A stretch of 64,000 bases of DNA from Octopus bimaculoides (taxonomy: Eukaryota): assembly GCF_001194135.2 (NCBI RefSeq), contig NC_068981.1:65526522-65590521 (forward strand), written 5' to 3'. Made by a program: the position numbers and the translations under genes. Shown one piece after another: positions 52,856 to 64,000 of this stretch. Positions within the stretch are counted from its first letter, which is position 1; each line of letters starts with the position of its first letter. The notes beneath the pieces were generated by a model. It saw only the letters and a list, made by a program, of their open reading frames with translations, was not told where the DNA came from and ran no database searches.

Positions 52856-53863
52856 GATAATAATAATGATAATCATGAAGATAAATGAAGCAACAAAAAC
52901 CTGTCCTGATAAAATTCCAGCCAAAGTCATAAAAATAATTGTAAAAGGAAACAGGTGGCCTCTTGATGTCACATATTTCATATGTATGTTATTTATGGGT
53001 TATTTCCAAACCTGTGATAGGTTGCTGCTACATGAAAACTAGTGCTGTCACACCTGTACACTCTTTGACAGTATATTGCTAGGACAAATACATTGGCCAG
53101 AATATATATACCAAAACTACGCAACAAAGATGTGATCGGTATTTATTTAGTCAAAAAACAAAAAAAAAGAATCTTCCAAACCCGAGTTCACAATCACTTC
53201 CTATAACCTTCACCCTCTACAATGAAATCAGCCATTGGGCCTCATTTAGAACTCAAATCTATAATCGGGCCATTGTCTCAAAAGCATTCAGTATTTGGAC
53301 AAATCAGTATGTTTATTGTGTCTGGTTTACTGTCCAAGCAATGGTTGCGAAAATATACATTGAGGCATTATTTTATAGCTGAAGGCTCTTCCTGTTGCTA
53401 AGATTTATCCTTTCTCAAGTAAAGGATTTTTTTTATTCTACACACCTCTAAAAATACAAAGCCAACAGATGGCTTGTTGAATTGTCTAGAGGCTTCTTTC
53501 ACCATTTGTAACTTTACTGCTGACTCTAAACTTTACAACGGTACATTCATGTTCACACACTCACATTCATATACATCTATACATCATTTAATGTCCATGT
53601 TCCATATTGGTATGGACTGGACAGTTTAACAGGACCCAATGGGTCATATTCCAGTGTCTGCTTTGGTATGGTTTCTACCTCATACATACGATGGGCTCCA
53701 TATAGTTTCCATCTTCAATATTATCTGAATAAATCAACCCAAGGATACAGTAGTAGACACCCAAGGTGCCATACTGTGGGTGAACCTCAAACCACATGCT
53801 TGAGAAACAAACTTCTTAACTACTCAACTATATCTGTGCCAATAAATGAGCTTGTTATGTACT

Positions 53864-53895
<32 letters not shown>

Positions 53896-53939
53896 ATATA
53901 CATATGCACACAACTACTCTATATTGTTAGGTACAGGTA

Positions 53940-54090
53940 TGAAGGCATGACTGTGGTTTGAAGGTTAACTTCCCAACCACTTGGTTTTGAAGTTCAATCC
54001 CAACTGTGTGGTACACTGGACAAGTGTCTTCTACTATAACCAAAGTCTTTGAAGTGGATTTTGTAGCGGGAAACTGAAAGAAGCCCATTA
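53940..54090 (+). mobile_element. tRNA-derived SINE family A head (representative of about 9 copies: 2215, 4790, 8735, 13725, 21770, 28015, 32330, 53715, 53940)
   Basis: Shared ggctgtgtgg...ttcccaaccac...gttcagtcccactgcatggcaccttgggcaagtgtcttctactatagc...gtggatttggtagacagaaactg, present in both orientations. Confidence 0.7.
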
Positions 54091-54849
54091 CATGAGTGTG
54101 TGTATTTGTCTCTCCTTATCTTAACAATGTATGATAGTTGTGAGAGTCTGTCACTGGTGTCATTTGTTTCCTATCATTTGTGAAAAGATGTCTGGCTATG
54201 GGAAAATATCTTGCTTGGAAACAGGTGAGTGTTAGTGACAGCAAGAGTATCCATCTGTAGGAAATCTGGCTTCATGAATTCCATCTGATCCATACAAGCA
54301 CAGAAAAGTGGATAGGCATTTAAATATAGTTATGTAAGCTATATACATAAATTAAAAAGTTTGTGTTTATATGCATATAATCATTTTCTACAAGTAAATA
54401 CTCAGGGTAAGCAGTTGGCATTAATAAAATGATTGTCAATAAAAGACCTTCTCATTATGTAAAAATATTTTGACAACAAAAGTATTCACTTACAGTGATT
54501 TGTACAAGACTGGTCCTATTTTCTTCACACTAGAATTCATTTGATACTCTCAGACAAATTCCAAAGTGAAGGTATCAGGACTAGTCATGTTATTATTTTG
54601 GGAAATATACATATCTACCCTGCAGATTTATTTATATATTGCGTACTTTAAACTGTGGTTCTCTATTTTAAACTGGAAAATAACAATTATGTGTATGTGT
54701 GTAATGAGTTAATTTTCTGTTAACAAAATATTTTTACATATTGTCTAATAGTAATAAGATTTTTTTTTTTTCATATACGTAAACACATTCTTCATCATAA
54801 TTTTTCAGCCATTTTTCTATGCATGCATAGTTTGAATGAGTCTTTTCCA

Positions 54850-56040
54850 ACACAGCTTTCACCACTACTGCACAAATCTTCTTTGTCTTCCTCTTTCACA
54901 GTTTCCACCAACTTGGATCTTCTGGCACTTCTTTACCCGTATATCATTTCCATATCTATTACATTTTTATACCAATGCAGTCATCTCTCTTGCACACTAC
55001 ACTTGATGTGTCTTATATATTTATGTCTCATCACTCATACACATCACTCATACACACTAATATTACATCCAGTGGAACATGCTTACTTCCTTTTCCTTCA
55101 GCCTTTTCACATGTTCTACATTCAATGCCCACATCTCAATCCCATGCACTAATTTGCATCACATTTTGTAAGCAAACACATACAACATTCCGTTGTCTCA
55201 AACAGAGAGTCATCTTGTCAGTAGATACTCTCTAAACATTTTTTTCCCTCTATTCTGATTCTGGCTTCTCTGTTTTCAAATCATCTTTTCCACTACTGAT
55301 TGGGTCACCTAAGCAGCAGAGGTTATCAACTCTTCTATTGAACTTTCATTTATTGCCAGAAATTTATTTTACTGGTGTTCTGACTGCTAACTACTCCTGT
55401 CCATGTACAACAGACATGGTCCTTATTCACTGGCAGACTGTCTTTGATTCCATTATACTCCTTGTGCACTCATAAGTCATATTGAGTACACTGTATGGCA
55501 GCAAAAGTCCTGCCTCCTTTCCTACTTACCTAACCATAGTCTTCAAGTTTACTCTGAGGCTTCTCAGTTCTAGGTTTTACCTCCACATCTGGAATTTTTT
55601 TTTCACAGACTCTGGTGTGAGATTTAGGTCATCAGCATACAGGAATTCCCATCGACAGCCAGTCTTAAATGTTTCTGCTAGATCTTGGCAAACCATTATA
55701 AATATGAGTGAAATGGGAATCCTTGATGAATACCTAACTGTATGCTAGACTCATTTCTATATTCATTGCAAACTCTCAATTCATTAACTGCATCTCTGAC
55801 TTGCATCCCTTTCACAAGTTTTCTTAGCAACTGCCAGGCTACAGACTGAAGCAATCTCCAAATCAACAAATGCTAGGAAAAAGTAGCTAAAAACTTCTCT
55901 TGCAGTTGTGTCACTATAATGAGAGAATCAGCAACATGTACTCTGAGCTGGCCCAAATCCAAGCTGCATCTCATATAAGTACACTCTTTTCCTAATCAAT
56001 TTTGCTGATATCCTTCCTGTTACTTCCATAACTTGTTCTT
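54850..56040 (-). mobile_element. Old degraded RTE LINE fragment related to the young element at 57578
   Basis: The minus strand retains FVDLEIA, gaattcctgtatgctgatgac (FLYADD), the CTQY...VHK PHD-like insert and RLHWY, with many stops. Confidence 0.65.
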
Positions 56041-57577
56041 TCAGTTTGATGCTTGTGTTCTTTTCTCTTAAACATTTCCTTAGTCTTTGTTGTAGTTTAC
56101 AATTATACTACAACACTAGTTGATTATGTGGGTAACTAGTTTGGGCCCTACATCATCAGATATTGTCAACATCTCAGCAATTATACTTCATGGATCCACT
56201 TCTTTCTTCATATTCTCCATAGCCATAAAAATAAATGAAAGTGGGAAATAGTCTCTACCTACATATGCATATAAACAAATATGAACACTTTATATATTCA
56301 ACATGATAGATACACATATTTGTGTTTTAATACCATTATACACATATACATAATTTAATATACATGTATTTATCATTACTATTTTATAAACTAATATGAG
56401 ATAAAATGTCTCTGAAAATTTGCAGAGTCATTAGAGGTAAACATACATGCAATATAACATTCACTCTCTAATGACACTGAAAGAATTCCTGCCATCATGA
56501 CAACTGCATTTAATGTATTCTGGAGCTGAACTAATGGCGCATGGAAATAAATGTGTTAGACTTTAATATATATATTGAACTCAAAAGTATATGTGCCTAA
56601 CTAACATCAAAATAGTAGCTATTTACTCAATTTTATACTGAATTCCATGCATGAAATAAATGTTTTTATAATGTACTAGGAATTAATTACGTTCTGTATT
56701 TAGCAATTATTGATTTCTAACATAGGCACAAGACCACGATTAATTTTTGGAGAAGTGTTACTTGATTAATTCAACCCCAATATTTGACTGTTACTGTATT
56801 TTATCAACTCCAGAAGGATGAAAGGTAAAGCTGATCTCAATAGGATTTAATGCAATTAAATATATCAAGCCACTTTGTCTGACACCAATGAATCAGACAA
56901 ACTTCCACCATTATCTATATTTAATAATTGATATATGCTTATACTTTTACCCTGTGGAACCACTCTCTGTTCAGATGGCACATCCCTTATGTGTGTGTGT
57001 GTGTATACATACATATATATACATATATACATACATGTATACATATATATATATATACATACACACACANNNNNNNNNNNNNNNNNNNNNNNNNNNNNNN
57101 NNNNNNNNNNNNNNNNNNNNNNNNNNNNNNNNNNNNNNNNNNNNNNNNNNNNNNNNNNNNNNNNNNNNNNNNNNNNNNNNNNNNNNNNNNNNNNNNNNNN
57201 NNNNNNNNNNNNNNNNNNNNNNNNNNNNNNNNNNNNNNNNNNNNNNNNNNNNNNNNNNNNNNNNNNNNNNNNNNNNNNNNNNNNNNNNNNNNNNNNNNNN
57301 NNNNNNNNNNNNNNNNNNNNNNNNNNNNNNNNNNNNNNNNNNNNNNNNNNNNNNNNNNNNNNNNNNNNNNNNNNNNNNNNNNNNNNNNNNNNNNNNNNNN
57401 NNNNNNNNNNNNNNNNNNNNNNNNNNNNNNNNNNNNNNNNNNNNNNNNNNNNNNNNNNNNNNNNNNNNNNNNNNNNNNNNNNNNNNNNNNNNNNNNNNNN
57501 NNNNNNNNNNNNNNNNNNNNNNNNNNNNNNNNNNNNNNNNNNNNNNNNNNNNNNNNNNNNNNNNNNNNNNNNNNNNA

Positions 57578-59455
57578 ATGAAAGTCACGGAGAGTGTCAT
57601 AGCCCAACTAATTAGGGAACGAGTCAGTTTAGATGAGATGCAGTTTGGGTTCGTGCCTGGGAAAAGCACCACTGATGCTATATTTCTGGTAAGACAGCTT
57701 CTGGAGAAATACCTAGCCAAGGATAAACCTCTGTACCTGGCTTTCGTTGACATGGAGAAAGCCTTTGACAGGGTCTCCCGATCCCTTATCTGGTGGTCAA
57801 TGCGGAAACTAGGGATAGAAGAATGGTTAGTCAGAGCTGTGCGAGCCATGTACAGAGACGCTGTTAGTAAGGTGAAGGTTGGCAATGAGTACAGTGAAGA
57901 ATTCCGGGTAGAGGTAGGGGTCCACCAAGGTTCTGTCCTTAGCCCCCCTCCTATTTTTCATAGTCCTCCAGGTGATAACAGAGGAATTCAAGACAGGATG
58001 CCCCTAGTTGCTCCTCTATGCTGATGACCTTGCACTAATTGCTGAGTCACTATCAGAACTAGAGGAGAAGTTTCAGGTGTGGAAGCAAGGACTAGAATCG
58101 AAGGGCCTTAGAGTCAACCTAGCAAAAACCAAAGTCCTAATAAGTAGGAAGGTAGAAAAAACACAAACCCCTTCAGGTAGATGGCCCTGCTCAATCTGTA
58201 GAAAAGGCGTAGGTAGAAACTCTATAAGATGTACCCAGTACAAGCTGTGGACACTTAAGAGGTGCAACAATATCAAAGGAAGGTTAACTAGGAAGTTAGT
58301 TTTTGTATGTGGCAGATGTTCAGGAGCAATAAATACTGGAAATGTGCAGAAAACAACTTCTGCCACATTCCAGGGAGAAAAACTAGACATAGTTCATAGC
58401 TTCCACTATCTAGGTAACCAAGTTAGTTGTGGGGGAGGGTGCGTTGAAAGTGTAGCTGCTAGAATAAGAATAGCCTGGGCAAAGTTTAGAGAGCTCTTAC
58501 CTATGCTGGCGACAAAGGGCCTCTCGCTCAGAGTAAAAGGCAGACTGTATGGCGCATGTATACGAACAGCCATGCTACATGGCAGTGAAACATGGGCCGT
58601 GACTGCTGAGGACATGCGTAAGCTTGCAAGAAACGAAGCCAGTATGCTCCGATGGATGTGTAATGTCAGTGTGCTTACTCGACAGAGTGTAAGTACCTTG
58701 AGAGATAAGTTAGACCTAAGAAGCATCAGTTGTGGTATGCAAGAGAGACGATTGCGCTGGTATGGTTACGTGGCAAGAATGGATGAGGATAGCTGTGTGG
58801 AAAAAGTGCCACACCCTAGCGGTTGAGAGAACCTGTGGAAGAGGCAGGCTCAGGAAGACCTGGGATGAGGTGGTGAAGCACGACCTCTAAACATTAGGCC
58901 TCACCGAGGCAATGACTTCTGACTGAGACCTTTGGAAATATGCTGTGCGTGAGAAGACCCGGCAAGCCAAGTGAGACCAAAATCCAAGGCCTCTGCCAGG
59001 GATGTAGCCAGCTCACTTATGCGTATCTTTCCTTCGTTGGACACTAAACTCTGCTTGCAAAGACCTGTTGAGGCAAGTGAAATCGAAATCGAACTAAGTT
59101 CGACGACTGGCCCCCATGCCAACGTCTCCTTCATTGGACACTAAACTTGGCTTGCGAAGACCTGTTGGGGCAAGCGAAAGCAAAATCATGATGGCACCAC
59201 CCTTCAAGCATGATCGTTACCAGCATCACCTTCCTGGCTCCTGTGTAGGTGGCACGTAAAATACACCATTTTGAGCATGACCGTTGCCAGTACAGCCTGA
59301 CTGGCCTTCATGCCAGTGGCATCTAAAAGCACCCACTACACTCTCGGAGTGGTTGGTGTTAGGAAGAGCATCCAGCTGTAGAAACTCTACCAAATCAGAT
59401 TGGAGCCTGGTGTAGCCATCTGGTTCACCAGTCCTCAGTCAAATCGTCCAACTCA
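57578..59455 (+). mobile_element. Young RTE-clade LINE (5' part hidden in an N gap): RT domain, PHD-like insert and 3' UTR
   Basis: QFGFVPGKSTTDAIF, LAFVDMEKAFDRV, GVHQGSVLSP, LLYADDL, GLRVNLAKTK, FHYLG, ARIRIAWAKFREL, LHGSETW and RRLRWYGYV. There are frameshifts near 57945-57960 and 58800 and a stop near 58888. The 3' UTR matches the short copies at 21911, 42245 and 52561. Confidence 0.92.
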
Positions 59456-61400
59456 GAGTTTCAGCACTGCCGTTTCACTACACTGTTGTTACTGAGAGCC
59501 TCCTCTAATATATGGCACTTGGTGATGAATGGAGTTTGATATAGCTACCCACATTTGCACCTCTTGCCGTGAGATAGGTTCATCTGGGGCTCTCAGCAGG
59601 AAGAGGTCTGGCCTTGATTTAAAAATGCCTACATCTACTTTGTGCAGTTTCCTCATGGTCTTTAGGAGAATATTAAAATGCCGTGGGACCTTGAAACCCA
59701 TGCTGTTGTAGTAACTGGTCCTGAAACGCAATTGTATTGCTGGGATCTTTGGCACTGTACAGTGTCGACCTGTTCAGGCATTGGTGTAGCTTTCAATGCC
59801 AAAATTTGGCACAATTCGTTCCAGGATCTTTCAGATGTATATTACTGCATACCTCTCCTGTCTTTGCTCCAGGCAGTAGAGTCTTAGCTGTTTCAGCCTT
59901 TCCCAGTAGGTGAGCTGTTGCAGAGAGATGATCTTTGTGAAGCTTCACCGGATTGCTTCAAGGTCTGCTGTTAATTTTACACTGTCGGATGACCATAGCT
60001 GGGAGCAGTAATCCAGGCAGCTGAGAACGTATGTCCTTCAGAGGATCATCATGGTTTTCCTTATCTCTGGATCCATCCAGCCAGTCGTCTGCACTTTGTG
60101 GCCATCTTGGTAATGTGCACTTGGAAAGAGGTATCATCACTCATGTCGATACCAGGTCCCTCATTGATTTAGGCTCTGGGATTTTAATCCCCTGTGGACC
60201 AGTGGACCCTGTAAGTTTCATATTCAATTTTGGATGATTGTAGCATAGTGCTTCGAATTTTTGAGCATTAAATTACATATTATTATCCTCAGCCTATCTG
60301 TAAACTGAGTCTAAGTCCTGCTGCAAATGTGCAACATTGCTGGGGTTCTGTATTTTCGGCTAGACTTTCGTATCTTCTGCGTAGCTAGCAAGGGTGGCTA
60401 TCTGGGCAGTTGAGGGCATATCTGAGATGGCCACTATGAAAAGCAGTGGTCCCAAGACAGTGCCCTGTGGAACACCACTCAGTATGTTTTCATTGAGGTG
60501 ACTCCACTGGTCAGCAGAAACGTTAGCATGCCGGGTGAAATGCTTAGCGGTATTTTGTCTGCCGTTACGTTCTGAGTTCAAATTTCACCGAGGTCGACTT
60601 ACACGATTTGAGGAAGATTGCTGGGAAACCACCAGGACCAGCAGTTGAGTTTGTGTCCACTTCATCTATGGCTAGTAGTATATCTTCTTCGCTAATGTTG
60701 ATGTATTCCATCGTAACTGCCTTGCTGGTTATAGGTGAGGCAGCAAAGAAATCCTCTGCTTCATTCACTTGTCTGTGTTCCAACAGGGTTGTAAAAACAC
60801 TTTTGAACTGGTTGTTCTGTACCTCACTGATCCTGGCTGGACTATCCGTGAGGGAGCCATCCTTTTGGAAGAGGGGTCCCATCTTGCAGCGTACTGAGGC
60901 TGTTTCTTTCACATAATGAAAGAAGGCCTTTAAGTCTGACTTAATATTTTTTGATAACCCAGGCTTCTTTGTCTTCTCTCTCCCTCACATAGGATTATTG
61001 CAGGCTTTTTTCAATCTCCAGTGTTGTTTTTAGGTGGGACCTTTCACTGCTTTTGGGATGTTGGTTGAGACGATATGCAAACTTTGTCTGTCATCTCATG
61101 AGGATCTTCCTCTCCCTTAGAATTTTGTTCCTATTTGTTTTGGCCTTGTGCTCTTGGACATATTTTTGGCGTATGGCTTGCATAACAGACATAAAATATT
61201 CTAGTTTCATGCCAATGTCTGGTGTGGAGAGACATTTCAGCCAGTCCTGTCTGAAGATCTCTTTTCGGATCGATTTCCAGTCTGCTTTGTGGAAGTTCAG
61301 ATTGGAGAGATTTCAGGTGCTTCCTTTAGGCTGTATGTCTCTGGCTACTTTCAGCCCAAACATAAACAGCTCTATTATGTTGTGATCCGAGACAAATGTT

Positions 61401-61657
61401 GGCATATGGCATAATGGTCAAGAGCACAGGCTACTAAGCCCAAGATTCCAAGTTCAATTCCAAGCAGTGACCTGAATAATAATAATAATAATAATAATAA
61501 CATCGAAAAATACCAGGTTCAAAATTTCCCCCAAGACACCTGATGAAGGCTGGAGGGTATATCAGCTGAAATGTTGTGTTAACAACAAACAAGATGAGGA
61601 CAAATATCCATCAAATGTAAATAATGTACATAATTCTTTATCTCTTAAATATCGAAT
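61401..61657 (+). mobile_element. tRNA-headed SINE with an (AAT)n linker and a hammerhead-ribozyme-containing tail, nested in the CR1-like LINE
   Basis: A box TGGCATAATGG and B box GTTCAATTCC, then (AAT)n, then a body shared with 26137-26413 that contains the CTGATGA...GAAA core. Confidence 0.75.
61535..61580 (+). ncRNA. Minimal type I hammerhead ribozyme motif (Penelope-like-element type)
   Basis: GACAC-CUGAUGA-A-GGCUG(GAGGGUAUAU)CAGCU-GAAA-U-GUU-GUGUU. Stem I is GACAC/GUGUU, the CUGAUGA and GAAA cores are intact, stem II is 5 bp, and stem III has no loop. The consensus with the two copies at 26 kb is CAGCC-GAAAC-GUU. Confidence 0.65.
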
Positions 61658-63244
61658 GATGTCCATATTGTTTATGAAGCAGAGATCCAAAATGTTATTC
61701 ACCCTAGTTGGTCTGAGTATAACTTGCTCCATGAACAGGGCATTGGTGAGGTTGAGCAGGGACTCCACCTGTGCTTGTTTGCAACGAGTCATTCCTGAGA
61801 GCATGAGGCCTTCGGGCCATTTGACATTGGGGAAGTTAAAATCACACATAAGAAATATGCTCATGTGGTGTTCCAGTTTCATGAGGATTTCTTTAATTCT
61901 TGTTAGGCAATCTTCAAATTTGTCTATGTGGTTTGGAGCATCCAGTGGATAATATGTATTGCATATGACTATATTGTGTTGCCTTATACAATTAGTGTCA
62001 CACACTGAATTTGAATATGACAGTAAGACCTGGGGTGTGAGGTCATCACAGATGTATACAGCAACTCCACCATGGCTCCTTTCCCTTCTGTCTGTTCGTA
62101 GTATGGTATATTTTGGTACGTGTACTTCTGCATCCTCTATATCAGGGCTGAGGTGAGTTTCCACAAGTGCTATGCATAGGGCTTGATTGCATGCAGCAAG
62201 GTCTCTCAGGAAAAAAATTTTGCTTTTGTTATGATGCAACAGACCCCCAATATTTAGTAAAAATATTGGCGTGACGACTGGGCAGGCATTAGGGGAGGCC
62301 ATCTCGGGTCTGTTGCCTGCGGTGGTCTTGCACAGTAGGGGCAAGGTTCCTTCTTTGCACTTGATGTAGCCAGGTCAGCTGCTGCACAATCTTTTGTGCC
62401 ATGCACAAAAGAGACTCTTGCTCAACTGCTGCCTTGCGCATAACCTCTGAAGAGCGCACTTCTTTCACCTATTTTTTCTTTGGAGACGATTGGTGTCTTT
62501 CCTCAGGGAAGTTTTTCTCCTTAAGGCCTCTTTAGTTTTGGCAAGATCTCAGGTCAGCAAACCAGCAGTTTTTACCATCTTCCCCATACCAACATTTGCC
62601 TTGCAGGTAAAATTTGCAGGTCCTTGAGTGCCCTCCAAATTTCTTCTCTCCTCTAAAGTTTAGGATTGCATTGGATCCTCCATGTTTGAGTTTTCTGTTT
62701 TTTGTTTGATGGGTTGGAGTTTTGGTTATTTCATTTTTGCCTTTTCCTTTTTCTCCCCTTCTTCCTTTATGTCTTTGCTCATGTTCTGTCCTTCTTTTTC
62801 TTGTGGTGGGAATTTCATTCCTCTGGTTGTTCAATGGGGTGAGGGCTCCATTCCTTTGTGGGATCACTGGTACAGAGGGGCTTCTGATTGCTGCTTCCTT
62901 GGCTCCCCTATCCTTTTCAGCCTGGGGTGGGGGATCCATTCTTTTGAGGAACCACTCAATCAAAGAGACTTCTAGGTTTTGTTTCCTTTTCTCTATCCTT
63001 ATCAGCCTTGCCACAATAGTTTTCCATTATGACCTCAAGAGTGTCAATGTGTGGTCTGAGAAGCATATAGGATCGGATGAATTCATTTTTCTTCTGCTCT
63101 ATCTGATCAATGGTTCTACAGAATCCATTGTTTTTCAATGCAGCAGTGATGATGTTTGGCAGATCACTGCTAGCAATCATCCATGCTCACAACAGAAGAT
63201 TCAATTCTTTCTTGTCCCACTTTGGTACCATCTTCATTTTTTTA

Positions 63245-63870
63245 AGCCCAGAGGAGGAGTAGAGGATAGAGAGGAAGTGAGAGATAGAGGGAGGTAGAAA
63301 AGAAGAAATATAGAAGGGAGAATAAGGAAAGAGAGAGGGAGATATGAAAGAGAGAGGGTGATATGAAAGAAAGAGAAAAGGGGTTAGTGAGACAGAGGGA
63401 GGTAGAGGAGGGGGAGAGAAAGAGAGACAGAGTGAGGGAGAGGCTGAGAAGAGAAAGAGAGACAGAGTGAGGGAGAAGAGGAGAAGAGAAAGAGGGACAG
63501 AATGTGGGAGAGAAGGGGAAGAGAAAGAGAGACAGAGTGAGGGAGAGGATGAGAAGAGAAAGAGAGACAGTGAGGGAGAGACAGGAAAGGATAAGAATAT
63601 GAGGGAAAGGGAGAGATGGAGTGAGAAGTGGGGGAAAATAAGAGGTATATGAGGGAGAGGGTGAGGTGACAGGAGGAGAGGTAAATGTTGAGAGAGAGAC
63701 AAAGGAAGGGAAAGAGAAGTGAGAAAAGGAGGAAGATATGAAAGAGAGAGAGAGAGATGAGAAAAAGAGGAAGATATGGAAGAGAGAGGGAAAGAGGTAG
63801 GTATAAAGAGAGATAAAGGGAGGAATATATGTGAGGGAGGAGAGAGGAAGAGGTAGATATGAAAGAGAGA
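63245..63870. repeat. Polypurine (GA-rich) tract with a minisatellite of about 35 bp
   Basis: The unit gagaagagaaagagagacagagtgagggaga recurs about 5 times at 63415-63585 and the strand is almost pyrimidine-free. It explains the spurious S/L/P-rich ORFs. Confidence 0.8.
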
Positions 63871-64000
63871 GGGGGCGCACGTAACGAAGACATGTAGGAA
63901 AACAAAATTTATAATTCTAGATAGGTGTTGTATAAGAGATAAAGTGAAAAAAAGAAACGATAGTGAAAAGAAAAGGGTTTTGTAATGATTTCTATTTTTC

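Larger units (their letters stand above)
59457..63240 (-). mobile_element. Near full-length CR1/L2/Jockey-group LINE (ORF1 plus APE endonuclease-RT ORF2), disrupted
   Basis: ORF1 spans about 63180-62290 with a CCCH-like finger. The APE domain spans 62300-61660 (LLNIGG, IALVETHL, RTDRRERSHGGVAVY, MCDFNFP, ILDLCF, SDHNII). RT motifs are AGPGGFP, SGVPQGTVLGPLLF and YAEDTK. The C-terminal FKVPRHFNIL...FLLRAPDEP...SNSIHHQ is typical of CR1-like elements. There are multiple stops and frameshifts and two nested insertions. Confidence 0.85.

Noticed and set aside
61401-61472. tRNA-like sequences at SINE heads (also 30532-30600)
   Set aside because: They have A and B boxes but no proper acceptor stem or terminator, and they continue into SINE bodies, so they are not tRNA genes.
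63187-63905. S/L/P/F-rich ORFs of 170-212 aa
   Set aside because: They are translations of the GA/CT low-complexity tract.

Overview
This is AT-rich, repeat-saturated animal DNA from a gapped scaffold with six N-runs, most of them flanked by microsatellites. The dense (AT)n/(TAA)n/(CA)n tracts, Nin-domain-type tRNA SINEs and RTE LINEs fit a coleoid cephalopod, probably an octopus. That assignment is an inference from repeat style, not a database result. The only host coding sequence I can support is the terminal coding exon of a SOCS7-type gene (+ strand, 33470-33786: C-terminal half of the SH2 domain, SOCS box and stop). Its upstream exons are not visible. Almost all other ORFs in the track are microsatellite, gap or antisense artefacts, or broken transposon genes. 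The mobile elements are: a TIR- and TSD-bounded SPIN/GTF2IRD2-like hAT, a Buster/ZBED5-like hAT remnant, Tigger remnants, a young RTE LINE, a near full-length CR1/L2/Jockey-group LINE, and several tRNA-derived SINE families, including head-to-tail arrays. The most interesting signal is a set of minimal type I hammerhead-ribozyme motifs of the Penelope-like-element kind. One family occurs as the tail of a tRNA-headed SINE (61401-61657) and as a head-to-head inverted pair flanked by a 14-bp target-site duplication (26137-26413). A second, unrelated family lies at 22107-22141. I found no rRNA, true tRNA or CRISPR features. Family names come from motif recognition, not from searches, and most repeat boundaries are approximate.
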